NCBI GenBank assembly: GCA_965211995.1
Contig: OZ243040.1
Coordinates: 1,100,249 to 1,164,248 of the forward strand
Source of the DNA: Candidatus Oxydemutatoraceae bacterium
GTDB taxonomy: Bacteria; Pseudomonadota; Gammaproteobacteria; Poriferisulfidales; Oxydemutatoraceae
Reading direction: 5' to 3'
DNA length: 64,000 bases
Shown here one piece after another: positions 1-8,442 of the stretch; positions within the stretch are counted from its first letter, which is position 1, and every line of letters begins with the position of its first letter. A program made the position numbers and the translations under genes. The notes below the pieces were generated by a model. That model was not told where the DNA came from. It saw only the letters and a program-made list of their open reading frames with translations, and ran no database searches.

Positions 1-532
1 CGGCGATGAAGACGTGCGACAGCCGCCCGGCGTCGCGGTCGTAATCCTCGACGAACAGCACTACGTTTTCGCGCGGGCTGAAGAACTTGCCCGCGGCGAC
101 CATCGTCACGTCGCCGCGCTGCTTGCCCGTCTGCTTGATCAACTCATAGCGGCGCTCGCCCGCGGGCGACATCTCCATAACAAACACGAACAACAGCACC
201 GTAAGCGGCACCGCCAACCGCATCAGCACCCGGCAGATGCGCGCGTAGCCGATGCCGAGAGCAAAAGCCGCGTACGCCTCGCCGTCGCGGTACTGCCGCC
301 CCAGCGTCAGCATGACCGCGAGCATCGCCGAAAACGGCAGCAGAAAGATCAGCGAGTCGAGCGTGCCGTACACCAGCAGCGGCTTGATCACATCGAGCGG
401 GTAGCGTCCCTCGGCGACTTTCTCGAGCAACTTCGACAGCAGCCGCCCGACCACGACGATGCTCAAGACCGAGATCGTCGCCGACAGGTTGACCAGAAGT
501 TCGGTGAAGAGATAGCGCTCAAAAGTTTTCAT
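1..532 (-). CDS. lptF: LPS export ABC permease LptF, N-terminal part (gene runs off the window start)
   Basis: Reverse translation from the ATG at 530-532 gives MKTFERYLFTELLVNLSATISVLSIVVVGRLL..., a typical LptF/YjgP N-terminus. It is divergent from pepA, as in E. coli and Pseudomonas. It is missing from the ORF track because it is open at the window edge. The + strand ORF 14..538 is an Arg-rich shadow. Confidence 0.75.
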   Translation of the reverse strand, partial: MKTFERYLFTELLVNLSATISVLSIVVVGRLLSKLLEKVAEGRYPLDVIKPLLVYGTLDSLIFLLPFSAMLAVMLTLGRQYRDGEAYAAFALGIGYARICRVLMRLAVPLTVLLFVFVMEMSPAGERRYELIKQTGKQRGDVTMVAAGKFFSPRENVVLFVEDYDRDAGRLSHVFIA

Positions 533-638
533 CGCTGATCTGCGCGGCGTTTGCATGCACCGGAAATCGGTGATTTAATGCGCGGTTCCGCAACCCTTTC
601 CACATTGCAATCCGAAACGAACGCCGGAGCGAACAAAG

Positions 639-2126
639 ATGCAGATTACAACAACTTCAAAAAAGATCTCCGCGCCGGCCTCGGCCTGCACCATCGTGCC
701 CGTCTTCAAGGGGCGCCGTCCGGCGTCCTACCGCATCCTCGACGAAGCGAGCGGCGGCTTTTTGGACAAGGCGGTCAAACAGGCGGGGTTTGAAGCCGCC
801 TGCGGCGAGACGCTGACGCTGCACGCGCCCGGCCTGCGCCACCGCGTCATCATCGTCGCCGGGCTCGGCCAAGCCGGTGAACTCAACCGCGTCAAATTCA
901 TCAACGCCGCGCGCAGTTGCGCCGCCGCCGCCGCCGCGCTCAAACCGGCCAACCTGCTGTTCTGCTTCGACGACGTCGGCGCCCAGGCCGAGAAGGCCGG
1001 ATACCTGCGTGCGCTCGCGCTCGAGATCCAAAACGCCTATTACCGCTACGTCACGACCTTCGGCAAAAAGACCCGCCGCAAAGCGCAGGTCAAGACGCCG
1101 GCCAAATGCACTTTGCACTCGACGCTGCCCGCGGCGGCGGCGCGCGACGCGCTGCGTGAAGCCGCGGCGGTCCACCGCGGCGTCAGCCTCGCGCGTGAAC
1201 TCGGCAACCTGCCGGGCAACGTCTGCACGCCCGCGTACCTCGCGCGGCAGGCGCGCGGACTCGCGCGCGGCTCGAGCCGGCTCAGCGTGCGCGTGCTCGA
1301 GGAAAAAACGATGGAACGCCTCGGCATGGGCGCGTTCCTGTCGGTGAGCCAAGGCAGCGCCAACCCGGGCAAACTCGTGTGCCTCGAATACAAAGGCGGC
1401 AAGGCGCGCGCGGCGCCGGTCGCGCTGGTCGGCAAAGGCATCACCTTCGACACCGGCGGCATCTCGATCAAACCGAGCGCGACGATGGACGAGATGAAGT
1501 TCGACATGTGCGGCGCCGCGGCGGTGCTCGGCACGCTCGCGGCGTGCGTCAATCTGCGGCTGCCGCTGAACGTCGTCGGCGTCCTCGCCTGCGCCGAGAA
1601 CATGCCCGGCGGATGCGCGAGCAAGCCCGGCGACGTCGTCACGACAATGTCGGGGCAGACCGTCGAGATCCTGAACACCGACGCCGAAGGCCGCCTGGTG
1701 CTGTGCGACGCACTGACCTACGTCGGACGCTACAAGCCCGCGTGCGTCATAGATATCGCAACGCTGACCGGCGCCTGCGTCGTCGCGCTCGGGGACGCAG
1801 CCTCCGGCCTGCTGAGCAACACCCAGGCGCTCGCCGACGAACTGCTCCGCGCCGGCGGTACTTCGGGCGACCGCCCGTGGCAGTTGCCGTTGTGGGACGA
1901 ATACCAGCCGCAACTCAACAGCAACTTCGCCGATATCGCCAACATCGGCGGGCGCGGCGGCGGCACGATCACTGCGGCGTGCTTTCTGTCACGCTTCACC
2001 AAAGAATACGAATGGGCGCACCTCGACATCGCGGGCACCGCCTGGCTGACCGGCAAAGCCAAAGGCGCGACCGGCCGCCCGGTGCCGCTGCTGTTTGATT
2101 TTCTGCTGCGCCGCGCCCGGGAATAA
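639..2126 (+). CDS. pepA: Leucyl (cytosol) aminopeptidase PepA
   Basis: 495-aa ORF carrying the M17 signature NTDAEGRLVLCDAL and the metal-binding region VGKGITFDTGGISIK. Conserved position next to lptF. Confidence 0.95.
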   Translation: MQITTTSKKISAPASACTIVPVFKGRRPASYRILDEASGGFLDKAVKQAGFEAACGETLTLHAPGLRHRVIIVAGLGQAGELNRVKFINAARSCAAAAAALKPANLLFCFDDVGAQAEKAGYLRALALEIQNAYYRYVTTFGKKTRRKAQVKTPAKCTLHSTLPAAAARDALREAAAVHRGVSLARELGNLPGNVCTPAYLARQARGLARGSSRLSVRVLEEKTMERLGMGAFLSVSQGSANPGKLVCLEYKGGKARAAPVALVGKGITFDTGGISIKPSATMDEMKFDMCGAAAVLGTLAACVNLRLPLNVVGVLACAENMPGGCASKPGDVVTTMSGQTVEILNTDAEGRLVLCDALTYVGRYKPACVIDIATLTGACVVALGDAASGLLSNTQALADELLRAGGTSGDRPWQLPLWDEYQPQLNSNFADIANIGGRGGGTITAACFLSRFTKEYEWAHLDIAGTAWLTGKAKGATGRPVPLLFDFLLRRARE

Positions 2127-2214
2127 ATCCCTGAAACAGACCCCGCGGGATGCACTCCGTGGGATAGGCCCGGGATAGAATAAAAACGCACGCCGGCGAC
2201 CCCCGGACCAACAG

Positions 2215-2762
2215 CCGAACTGCCGCCCGCGACGACAAAGAGCCAAGCCCGGGCGCCTGCTCGCACCCGGCGCGCACCGCAACACAAGACCATGAAAACC
2301 ACTTACGCACCGCACCGGATCGAGCAGTCCCGACGCCGCGAATGGGGAGACCCGAACTGCCGCCCGCGACGACAAAGAACCAAGCCCGGGCGCCTGCACG
2401 CACCCGGCGCGCACCGCAACACAAGACCATGAAAACCACTTATGCACCGCACCGGATCGAGCAGTCCCGACGCCGCGAATGGGGAGACCCGAACTGCCGC
2501 CCGCGACGACAAAGAGCCAAGCCCGGGCGCCTGCTCGCACCCGCCGCGCGCCGCAACGCAAGACCATGAAAACCACTTACGCACCACGCCGGATCGAGCA
2601 ATCCCGCCGCCGCAAATGGGAAGACCCGAACTGCCGCCCACGACGACAAAGAACCAAGCCCGGGCGCCTGCGCGCACCCGCCGTGCGCCGCAACGCAAGA
2701 CCATGAAAACCACTTACACACCGCACCGGATCGAGCAGTCCCGCTACCGCGAATGGGAAGCC
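2215..2762 (+). repeat. Tandem array of 4 x 137 bp that reiterates the valS start region
   Basis: Units start at 2215, 2352, 2489 and 2626. Each holds about 77 nt of upstream sequence plus ATGAAAACCACTTA... (ATGs at 2292, 2429, 2566, 2703). By hand alignment, units 1 and 2 differ at 3 positions and units 3 and 4 are more diverged. Confidence 0.9.
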
Positions 2763-5447
2763 TCGGGCTGCTTCGCCGCGAGCGGCGACGGCGCGCCCTA
2801 CTGCATCATGCTGCCGCCGCCGAACGTCACCGGCACTTTGCACATGGGACACGCTTTTCAGACCACGCTGATGGACTGCCTGATCCGCTACCACCGGATG
2901 CGCGGGTTCCGCACCCTGTGGCAGGCCGGCACCGACCACGCCGGCATCGCGACGCAGATGGTGGTCGAACGCCGTCTCGAAGCCGCGGGCGTCGCCCGCC
3001 GCGACCTCGGGCGCGAACGCTTCATCGAAAAGATCTGGGAGTGGAAGAAAACGTCGGGTAATACGATCACGCGGCAATTGCGCCGGCTCGGCGCGTCGCT
3101 CGACTGGCGGCGCGAACGCTTCACCATGGACGACGAATTGTCGCGCGCGGTGCTCGCGGCGTTCACGCGCCTTTACGACGAAGACCTGATCTACCGCGGC
3201 AAGCGCCTGGTCAACTGGGACCCGGCGCTGCAAACCGCGGTGTCCGATCTCGAGGTGATCTCGGAAGAGGAAGACGGGCATCTGTGGCACCTGCGCTATC
3301 CCCTCGCCGACGCGGCCGGCGGCGAACACGTCACGGTCTCGACGACCCGGCCCGAAACCCTGCTCGGCGATACCGCCGTCGCGGTGCACCCCGCAGACGA
3401 GCGTTACCGCGAACTCATCGGGCGGCGCGTGACGCTGCCGCTCGCCGGACGCGACATACCGGTCATCGCCGACGACTACGTCGATCCCGAGTTCGGTTCG
3501 GGCTGCGTGAAGATCACGCCGGCGCACGATTTCAACGACTACCGGGTCGGCAAGCGCCACGGCCTGGCAGTGATCAACGTCATGCGCGAGGACGCGTCGC
3601 TGAACGACGAAGTCCCCGCCGAGTACCGCGGTCTCGACCGCTACGCGGCGAGAAAACGCATCGTCGCCGACCTCGACCATTGCGGCCTGCTCGCAAAAGT
3701 CGAACCCCGGCGCATGACGATACCGCGCGGCGACCGCAGCGGCGCGGTGATCGAGCCGTACCTGACCGACCAGTGGTTCGTGCGCGCCGAAGCACTCGCC
3801 GCAGCCGCAAAACAGGCGGTCACCGACGGGCGCATCCGCTTCGTGCCCGACAACTGGCGCAAGACTTATTTTGAGTGGATGAACCGCATCGAGGACTGGT
3901 GCATCAGCCGCCAACTGTGGTGGGGGCACCGCATCCCCGCGTGGTACGACGAAGCGGGCAACGTGTACGTCGCGCACTCCGAAGCCGCAGCCCGGGAGCG
4001 GCACCAACTCGGCAACACGTGCAAATTGCGCCGCGACGAGGACGTGCTCGACACCTGGTTCTCCTCCGCGCTGTGGCCGTTCTCGACCCTCGGCTGGCCG
4101 GACGAGACGCCTGAACTTCGGACCTTCTACCCGACCAGCGTGCTGGTCACCGGCTTCGACATCGTCTTCTTCTGGGTCGCGCGCATGATCATGACGGGGG
4201 TCAAGTTGACCGGCGACGTCCCGTTCCGCGAAGTGTACGTGCACGGGCTGGTCAGGGACGCGCAGGGGCGGAAAATGTCGAAGTCCAAGGGCAACGCGCT
4301 CGACCCGATCGACCTGGTGGACGGCATCACCCTCGAAGCGCTGGTGAAAAAACGCCTGGCCGGGTTGATGCAGCCGCACCTCGCCGAGCGCATCGAGCGC
4401 GACACGCGCAAACAGTTTCCCGACGGCATCCCGGCGTACGGCACCGACGCGCTGCGCTTTACCTTCGCCGCGCTGGCGACCAGCGGGCACGACGTTCGCT
4501 TCGACCTCGGGCGCATTGAAGGCTACCGCAATTTCTGCAACAAACTGTGGAACGCGGCACGCTTCGTAACACTGTTCTGCGACAAGGCGGACGCAAACAG
4601 CGCGCCGCCGACGGTGTACGACCGCTGGATACGCCACCGCCTGCACACGCTGACCGCGGAGGTCGCCCGGCACTTTGCAAACTACCGCTTTGACCTCGCG
4701 GCCGCCGGGATCTACGAATTCGTATGGCACGACTTCTGCGACTGGTTTCTCGAGCTCAGCAAAGTCGCGCAAACGGGCGATCGCGCCTGCCTGATCGGCA
4801 CGCTCGAAACCATCCTGCGGCTGCTGCACCCGATCACGCCCTACATCACCGAGGAGATCTGGCAGCAACTCAAGCCGCTGACCGGCTGCGGCGAGGAGAC
4901 AATCCAGCGCCGCCCCTACCCGGCGCCCGCCGAAACCTCCGCCGACGCGCACGCCGAACGGGCCGTCGCACGCCTGCGCGAGATCGTCGTCGGCCTGCGG
5001 CGCGTGCGCTCGGAACTCGACCTGCCGCCGGGCCGGGCGCTGCCGGTGCTGATCCAAAACTGGAGCGCGCGCGACCGCGAACACTTTGAGCGGCACCGCA
5101 GCGCGATCGCGGCGCTCGGCGGCGTCGCGGGCGTCGAGTGGCTCGAACCCTCGGCGCCGGCGCCGCAGGCGTCGATCGTGCTGGTCGGCGACATGCAACT
5201 GCTGGTGCCGCTCGCCGGCCTGATCGACGCCCCGGCCGAGATCGCGCGCCTGCACAAGCAAGTCTCGAGAATCCGCAAGCAACTCGCAAGCGCGCAAACG
5301 CGGCTCGACAACCGGAACTTCGTGAACAAAGCGCCCGCCGAGATCATCGCGGCGCAACGCGCCAACGTCGGCGACTGCGAGGCGCGGATCGCCAAACTGA
5401 ACGAGCAGATCGCGGCGCTGGGAGCGCTGGAGCAGAACGCACGCTGA
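2703..5447 (+). CDS. valS: Valyl-tRNA synthetase
   Basis: From the ATG at 2703 the product begins [52 protein letters not shown], which is collinear with the E. coli ValRS N-terminus. A KMSKSKGN motif is present. The track ORF from 2442 is an in-frame extension through the repeat array. Confidence 0.93.
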   Translation: MKTTYTPHRIEQSRYREWEASGCFAASGDGAPYCIMLPPPNVTGTLHMGHAFQTTLMDCLIRYHRMRGFRTLWQAGTDHAGIATQMVVERRLEAAGVARRDLGRERFIEKIWEWKKTSGNTITRQLRRLGASLDWRRERFTMDDELSRAVLAAFTRLYDEDLIYRGKRLVNWDPALQTAVSDLEVISEEEDGHLWHLRYPLADAAGGEHVTVSTTRPETLLGDTAVAVHPADERYRELIGRRVTLPLAGRDIPVIADDYVDPEFGSGCVKITPAHDFNDYRVGKRHGLAVINVMREDASLNDEVPAEYRGLDRYAARKRIVADLDHCGLLAKVEPRRMTIPRGDRSGAVIEPYLTDQWFVRAEALAAAAKQAVTDGRIRFVPDNWRKTYFEWMNRIEDWCISRQLWWGHRIPAWYDEAGNVYVAHSEAAARERHQLGNTCKLRRDEDVLDTWFSSALWPFSTLGWPDETPELRTFYPTSVLVTGFDIVFFWVARMIMTGVKLTGDVPFREVYVHGLVRDAQGRKMSKSKGNALDPIDLVDGITLEALVKKRLAGLMQPHLAERIERDTRKQFPDGIPAYGTDALRFTFAALATSGHDVRFDLGRIEGYRNFCNKLWNAARFVTLFCDKADANSAPPTVYDRWIRHRLHTLTAEVARHFANYRFDLAAAGIYEFVWHDFCDWFLELSKVAQTGDRACLIGTLETILRLLHPITPYITEEIWQQLKPLTGCGEETIQRRPYPAPAETSADAHAERAVARLREIVVGLRRVRSELDLPPGRALPVLIQNWSARDREHFERHRSAIAALGGVAGVEWLEPSAPAPQASIVLVGDMQLLVPLAGLIDAPAEIARLHKQVSRIRKQLASAQTRLDNRNFVNKAPAEIIAAQRANVGDCEARIAKLNEQIAALGALEQNAR

Positions 5448-5640
5448 CGCAGGCCCGTGCAACAGCCGGCGGGCAAGCGCCGCTGCGCCAGGATCACGCC
5501 CGCAATCAAGGACACGCCGGGGCCGTATTCAACCGCCGCCGTTTCAAATATCGCTGTCTGCAAATACCGCCGCCGGCGCGGCGTTCAGCCCCCGCGCATC
5601 GGCGGACAGCGTGCGCTGCACAGGGGAAAAACGAAACCGG

Positions 5641-6375
5641 TCAGCCGCTTTTTCTCTTGCAGAAACCGCGCAGTACATTTTTAACGTATTCCGGGATCTC
5701 CGCTTGCACTTTTGCAGCCTCTTCTGCAAGCAGATCGTATGCAGCGGTTTCTTCACCCACCCATAACAAATCAAGCCTGCGGATATCTCGCGTAGCAACG
5801 TGCGTATATGACTCCGGATAGGCCCAATAACAGGATTGGCAAACTGCCGGATCCTTGGCTTGCCAATTCCCGCAGTTCTCACAACTCCATGATTTTGCCC
5901 TGTTTGCAGAAGCGCATAACAGCATATATTCATCAAGGTTTTCAGTTGCAGCGCCACTGTCCCCTGAGATTTCAAATGGAATCCTGTGATCGATTTGCAG
6001 TTCCCTTAATGGCAACGGCTCAAGATAGATATTGCAGCGAGAGCCGTGCTTTTCCATCAGCGCCGTCTTTAGATTGGATGAGAAAGCCGTCCGCCCGCAC
6101 CGCCGGGCAACGCGCACTTCCGCTGGATCGCCAAATTAATAAGCGGCAATCCTTTTGCCGTCCGCCCCGGTAACAAAAAACGTTGCTATCGGGATGCCCC
6201 GCTCCCTGACGTCTCTTATTGCCCGCGGGGGATGGTGATAACCGTAGAGGTCTTTAAGTTCTTCCGTCGTTATCCGTCCGTGCTTGAGAATATGATCAAT
6301 TACGATCTTCGGGCGTTTTGCTTCCACGCTCTTCAGCAATTTTAAAAACTCGGGCGGATAAGCCTGCTTTCTCAT
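5641..6375 (-). pseudogene. HNH (beta-beta-alpha-Me) restriction endonuclease-like gene, apparently split by an in-frame TAA
   Basis: ORF 6136..6375 (winged-helix-like N-terminal part) and ORF 5641..6117 are in the same frame. The second has the HNH motif QIDHRIPF and Cys pairs CENC / CQSC. Only a TAA at 6136-6138 and 6 sense codons separate them. ATGA overlap with the upstream methylase gene at 6372-6375. GC is lower than in the flanks. Confidence 0.55.
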
Positions 6376-7301
6376 GCGAGCACAAGCTCCCGCTGCTTTT
6401 CATTCGCCGGATAAGCGACTCTCGTCTCACCGCGGTTCAATCTGTCCACCAGGGCCGGGGATAAATACAGCGATTCGACGGTCTCGTCGTCGCCCCCCAA
6501 CAACGTGGCCTGGCTCGACCTGCCCGCGTGAATGAACAGGTGCTTCAGCGACAAACTCCGTGGCAACCGTTGGCCGTGAATTTTTCCGCCGGTGGCACCA
6601 TCGTAACTGATTATGTAAGAAATGCGCTTTTTATTCATCTCCCGCAACGCATCAACAAAGTTATCGTAAGTGAGCCCGTTGAAGTACCGGCGATCTCTCG
6701 TGAAAGACGTTCCCTGATAGGGGGGATCCATATACACCAGGTCTTCGACTTTGACCCTGTTTACGGCCTTTCTAAAATCGACGGAAGACACGGTCGTCCT
6801 TGTGGTCAGCAGTCGGAAGACCCCCGTAATGTTCTTCCTCATCGTTCTCGGCTTCATCCCGGAACGCCTGTTGTCCGCGCTTTGATTAAACAAGCCTTCG
6901 GCACTGTATCTCACCGCCCCCTTTACGATGCGGGCGAGCAAATACAACAGATGATGCGGCTGATGAGAAACATTGAACTCCTCGCGGATACGAAAGAAAT
7001 ACTCTTTTCGATCCGGACGCTGTGCAAGCCATAGCCGTTCATATTTATCAGCCAATTCGTTCGGCCTCTCAAGGATCTCCGCCCACAGCCCCATCAACGG
7101 CTCGTTCAGATCATTGAGCACGAATCGCTTCGCCAAATCGTGTGCGGCGGCGGCGATGGAAATTGCGCCGGCGCCGCAAAAAGGCTCAATCAAACACCGC
7201 ACGTCGCAGGGAAAGTGCGGAAGTATGTTCTTTGCAATTCCGCGCTTGCTCCCCTGGTACGGAAACGGGTGAGGCGCGGATAAATTTTGATGCGTTTTCA
7301 T
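6372..7301 (-). CDS. Dam-like (D12 class) N6-adenine DNA methyltransferase
   Basis: Motifs PYQGSKR, EPFCGAGA (SAM binding) and DPPY. The likely start is the internal ATG at 7301 (MKTHQNLSAPHPFPYQGSK), not the track start at 7421. Confidence 0.85.
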   Translation of the reverse strand: MKTHQNLSAPHPFPYQGSKRGIAKNILPHFPCDVRCLIEPFCGAGAISIAAAAHDLAKRFVLNDLNEPLMGLWAEILERPNELADKYERLWLAQRPDRKEYFFRIREEFNVSHQPHHLLYLLARIVKGAVRYSAEGLFNQSADNRRSGMKPRTMRKNITGVFRLLTTRTTVSSVDFRKAVNRVKVEDLVYMDPPYQGTSFTRDRRYFNGLTYDNFVDALREMNKKRISYIISYDGATGGKIHGQRLPRSLSLKHLFIHAGRSSQATLLGGDDETVESLYLSPALVDRLNRGETRVAYPANEKQRELVLA

Positions 7302-7451
7302 GCGCCTGATTTTACCTTGTTTCGATAACTTAACGGTAAAATATAAACACGCGCGAGCGCCCGGCGGAAGGTGCAACGATGCCGCAGAATCTTTCAGACA
7401 AAATCCAACGCTCCCTGCCACGTCCGGGTTCGCTCGGAGAGACTGAGAGAT

Positions 7452-7680
7452 TCACTCCCGGAATTTTCTCTCCATGCCGTTGCCGGCGTCCAACTCCTTG
7501 ATCGAATCGAGCAGCCTGCGGGCGTTCCCGGGGTTGCGCAAAAGGCAAGTGGTTTCCTTGGGGGCTTAATAGCCTTTCGGCGCAAGCATCACCGCTGCGC
7601 AATCGTTCCTCCTGGTGATTGCGACCGGCGATCGTGCGCGCCGGATTGGCGCACGCACGGGTGTAGTCCGGTATTTTCAC
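7452..7680 (-). pseudogene. yefM: yefM/phd-family antitoxin pseudogene (one frameshift plus one in-frame TAA)
   Basis: The C-terminal frame reads ETTCLLRNPGNARRLLDSIKELDAGNGMERKFRE*, close to E. coli YefM [34 protein letters not shown]. The middle frame reads PVAITRRNDCAAVMLAPKGY then TAA. The N-terminus VKIPDYTRACAN follows a GGAGG RBS but lies in a different frame. Confidence 0.75.
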
Positions 7681-7716
7681 GGGTTGCCTCCTTGTCTCTG
7701 ACTAATAGTTGCACCA

Positions 7717-7754
7717 TTAGATTGAAGCCTAAATCTAGTAGCCCTGTTAGATTT
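7717..7754 (-). promoter_or_regulatory. Candidate operator: TAGATT/AATCTA half-sites upstream of the yefM remnant
   Basis: TTAGATT (7717), AAATCTA (7731) and TTAGATTT (7747) form inverted and direct repeats in an AT-rich stretch 40-75 nt upstream of the yefM start. Confidence 0.3.
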
Positions 7755-7788
7755 CAATTTTTCCTGAGCCTGTACATAAACGCCGGCA

Positions 7789-8442
7789 TCACACAACCTG
7801 GTCGCGCACATAGACCGGCAGCGCCTGCGACGGCTTCAGGGTGTCGCCGGCTTTGACTTTCGCCGTTGCGAGTTTCAGCACCGCGCCGGCGCGCGGCAGC
7901 AGGTCCGGCTTGCGCACCGCAAGGCCGGCGCCGAGCGCAGGATAAGCCGCGAGACCGCTGCCGCCGGCGCAGCCCGAAAACGCGGCAAGCCCCGGCACCT
8001 TCTCCGCCGATACCACGCCTTCCTCCCCCTCGGCTTCGGCCAGGCCGCCGCGGCCGCGGCGGAAGAAGCCGTAATAGACCTCGCCCATGCGCGCGTCAAT
8101 CGCCGCGAGCGCACGCGGCTCGCCGCAGCCGTCGAACAATTGCTGCGCGAGCGTTGCAAGGTTCGACACCGCCGCCACCGGCAGACCGTGCGCGTACGCG
8201 ATCCCCTGCGCCGCCGCCGCCGCGATCCTGACGCCGGTAAAAGCGCCGGGGCCGCGGCCGAACGCAAGCGCGTCGAGCGCGGCGGGCGCGATCCCCGCCG
8301 CCGCGAACACGGCGTCGCACATTTCAAACAGCAAGCGGTTGTGTTGGCGCGGCGCGACCGTGAATTCTTCATGCACTTCGCCGCCGCACGTCAACGCAAC
8401 CGAGCAGGCCGCGGTCGCCGTATCCAGCGCGAGCAGGTTCAC
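7789..8442 (-). CDS. tsaB: tRNA t6A biosynthesis protein TsaB (YeaZ)
   Basis: N-terminus (M)NLLALDTATAACSVAL and the motif GPGAFTGVRI. The GTG start at 8442 overlaps the upstream ORF's stop codon (GTGA). Confidence 0.9.
   Translation of the reverse strand: MNLLALDTATAACSVALTCGGEVHEEFTVAPRQHNRLLFEMCDAVFAAAGIAPAALDALAFGRGPGAFTGVRIAAAAAQGIAYAHGLPVAAVSNLATLAQQLFDGCGEPRALAAIDARMGEVYYGFFRRGRGGLAEAEGEEGVVSAEKVPGLAAFSGCAGGSGLAAYPALGAGLAVRKPDLLPRAGAVLKLATAKVKAGDTLKPSQALPVYVRDQVV

Noticed and set aside
2442-2702. N-terminal extension of valS (the track ORF starts at 2442), and similar long upstream extensions of pyrG (to 16489), kdsA (to 14897), ftsZ (to 49212), ddl (to 52282), mraY (to 59216), murF (to 60805), ftsW (to 57196), hflC (to 36561) and ispF (to 11153)
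   Set aside because: The conserved protein N-termini start at internal ATG or GTG codons that abut or overlap the upstream gene's stop. The extensions are low-complexity and overlap neighbouring genes or repeats.
2215-2762. The 137-bp array (and the 33-bp array at 43361..43555) as a possible CRISPR locus
   Set aside because: The units are directly abutting with no unique spacers. There are no cas genes. One array contains the valS start and the other lies in frame inside secA.
5448-5640. Possible small gene, island attachment site or terminator between valS and the HNH gene
   Set aside because: I saw no convincing ORF, no stem-loop with a T-tract, no tRNA and no direct repeat matching the other island border (about 7790). 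The region is left unannotated.
7330-7680. 116-aa ORF (MKIPDYTRACANPARTIAG...) as a genuine protein-coding gene
   Set aside because: Its sequence is better explained as a frame-scrambled yefM antitoxin followed by a truncated toxin remnant. Only the first about 15 residues are in the authentic frame.
7771-7776. TGTACA hexamer as a YefM-YoeB operator core
   Set aside because: There is only a single copy, about 90 nt from the start codon. The E. coli operator has paired palindromes. This is too weak to call on its own and is mentioned only within the TA-remnant finding.
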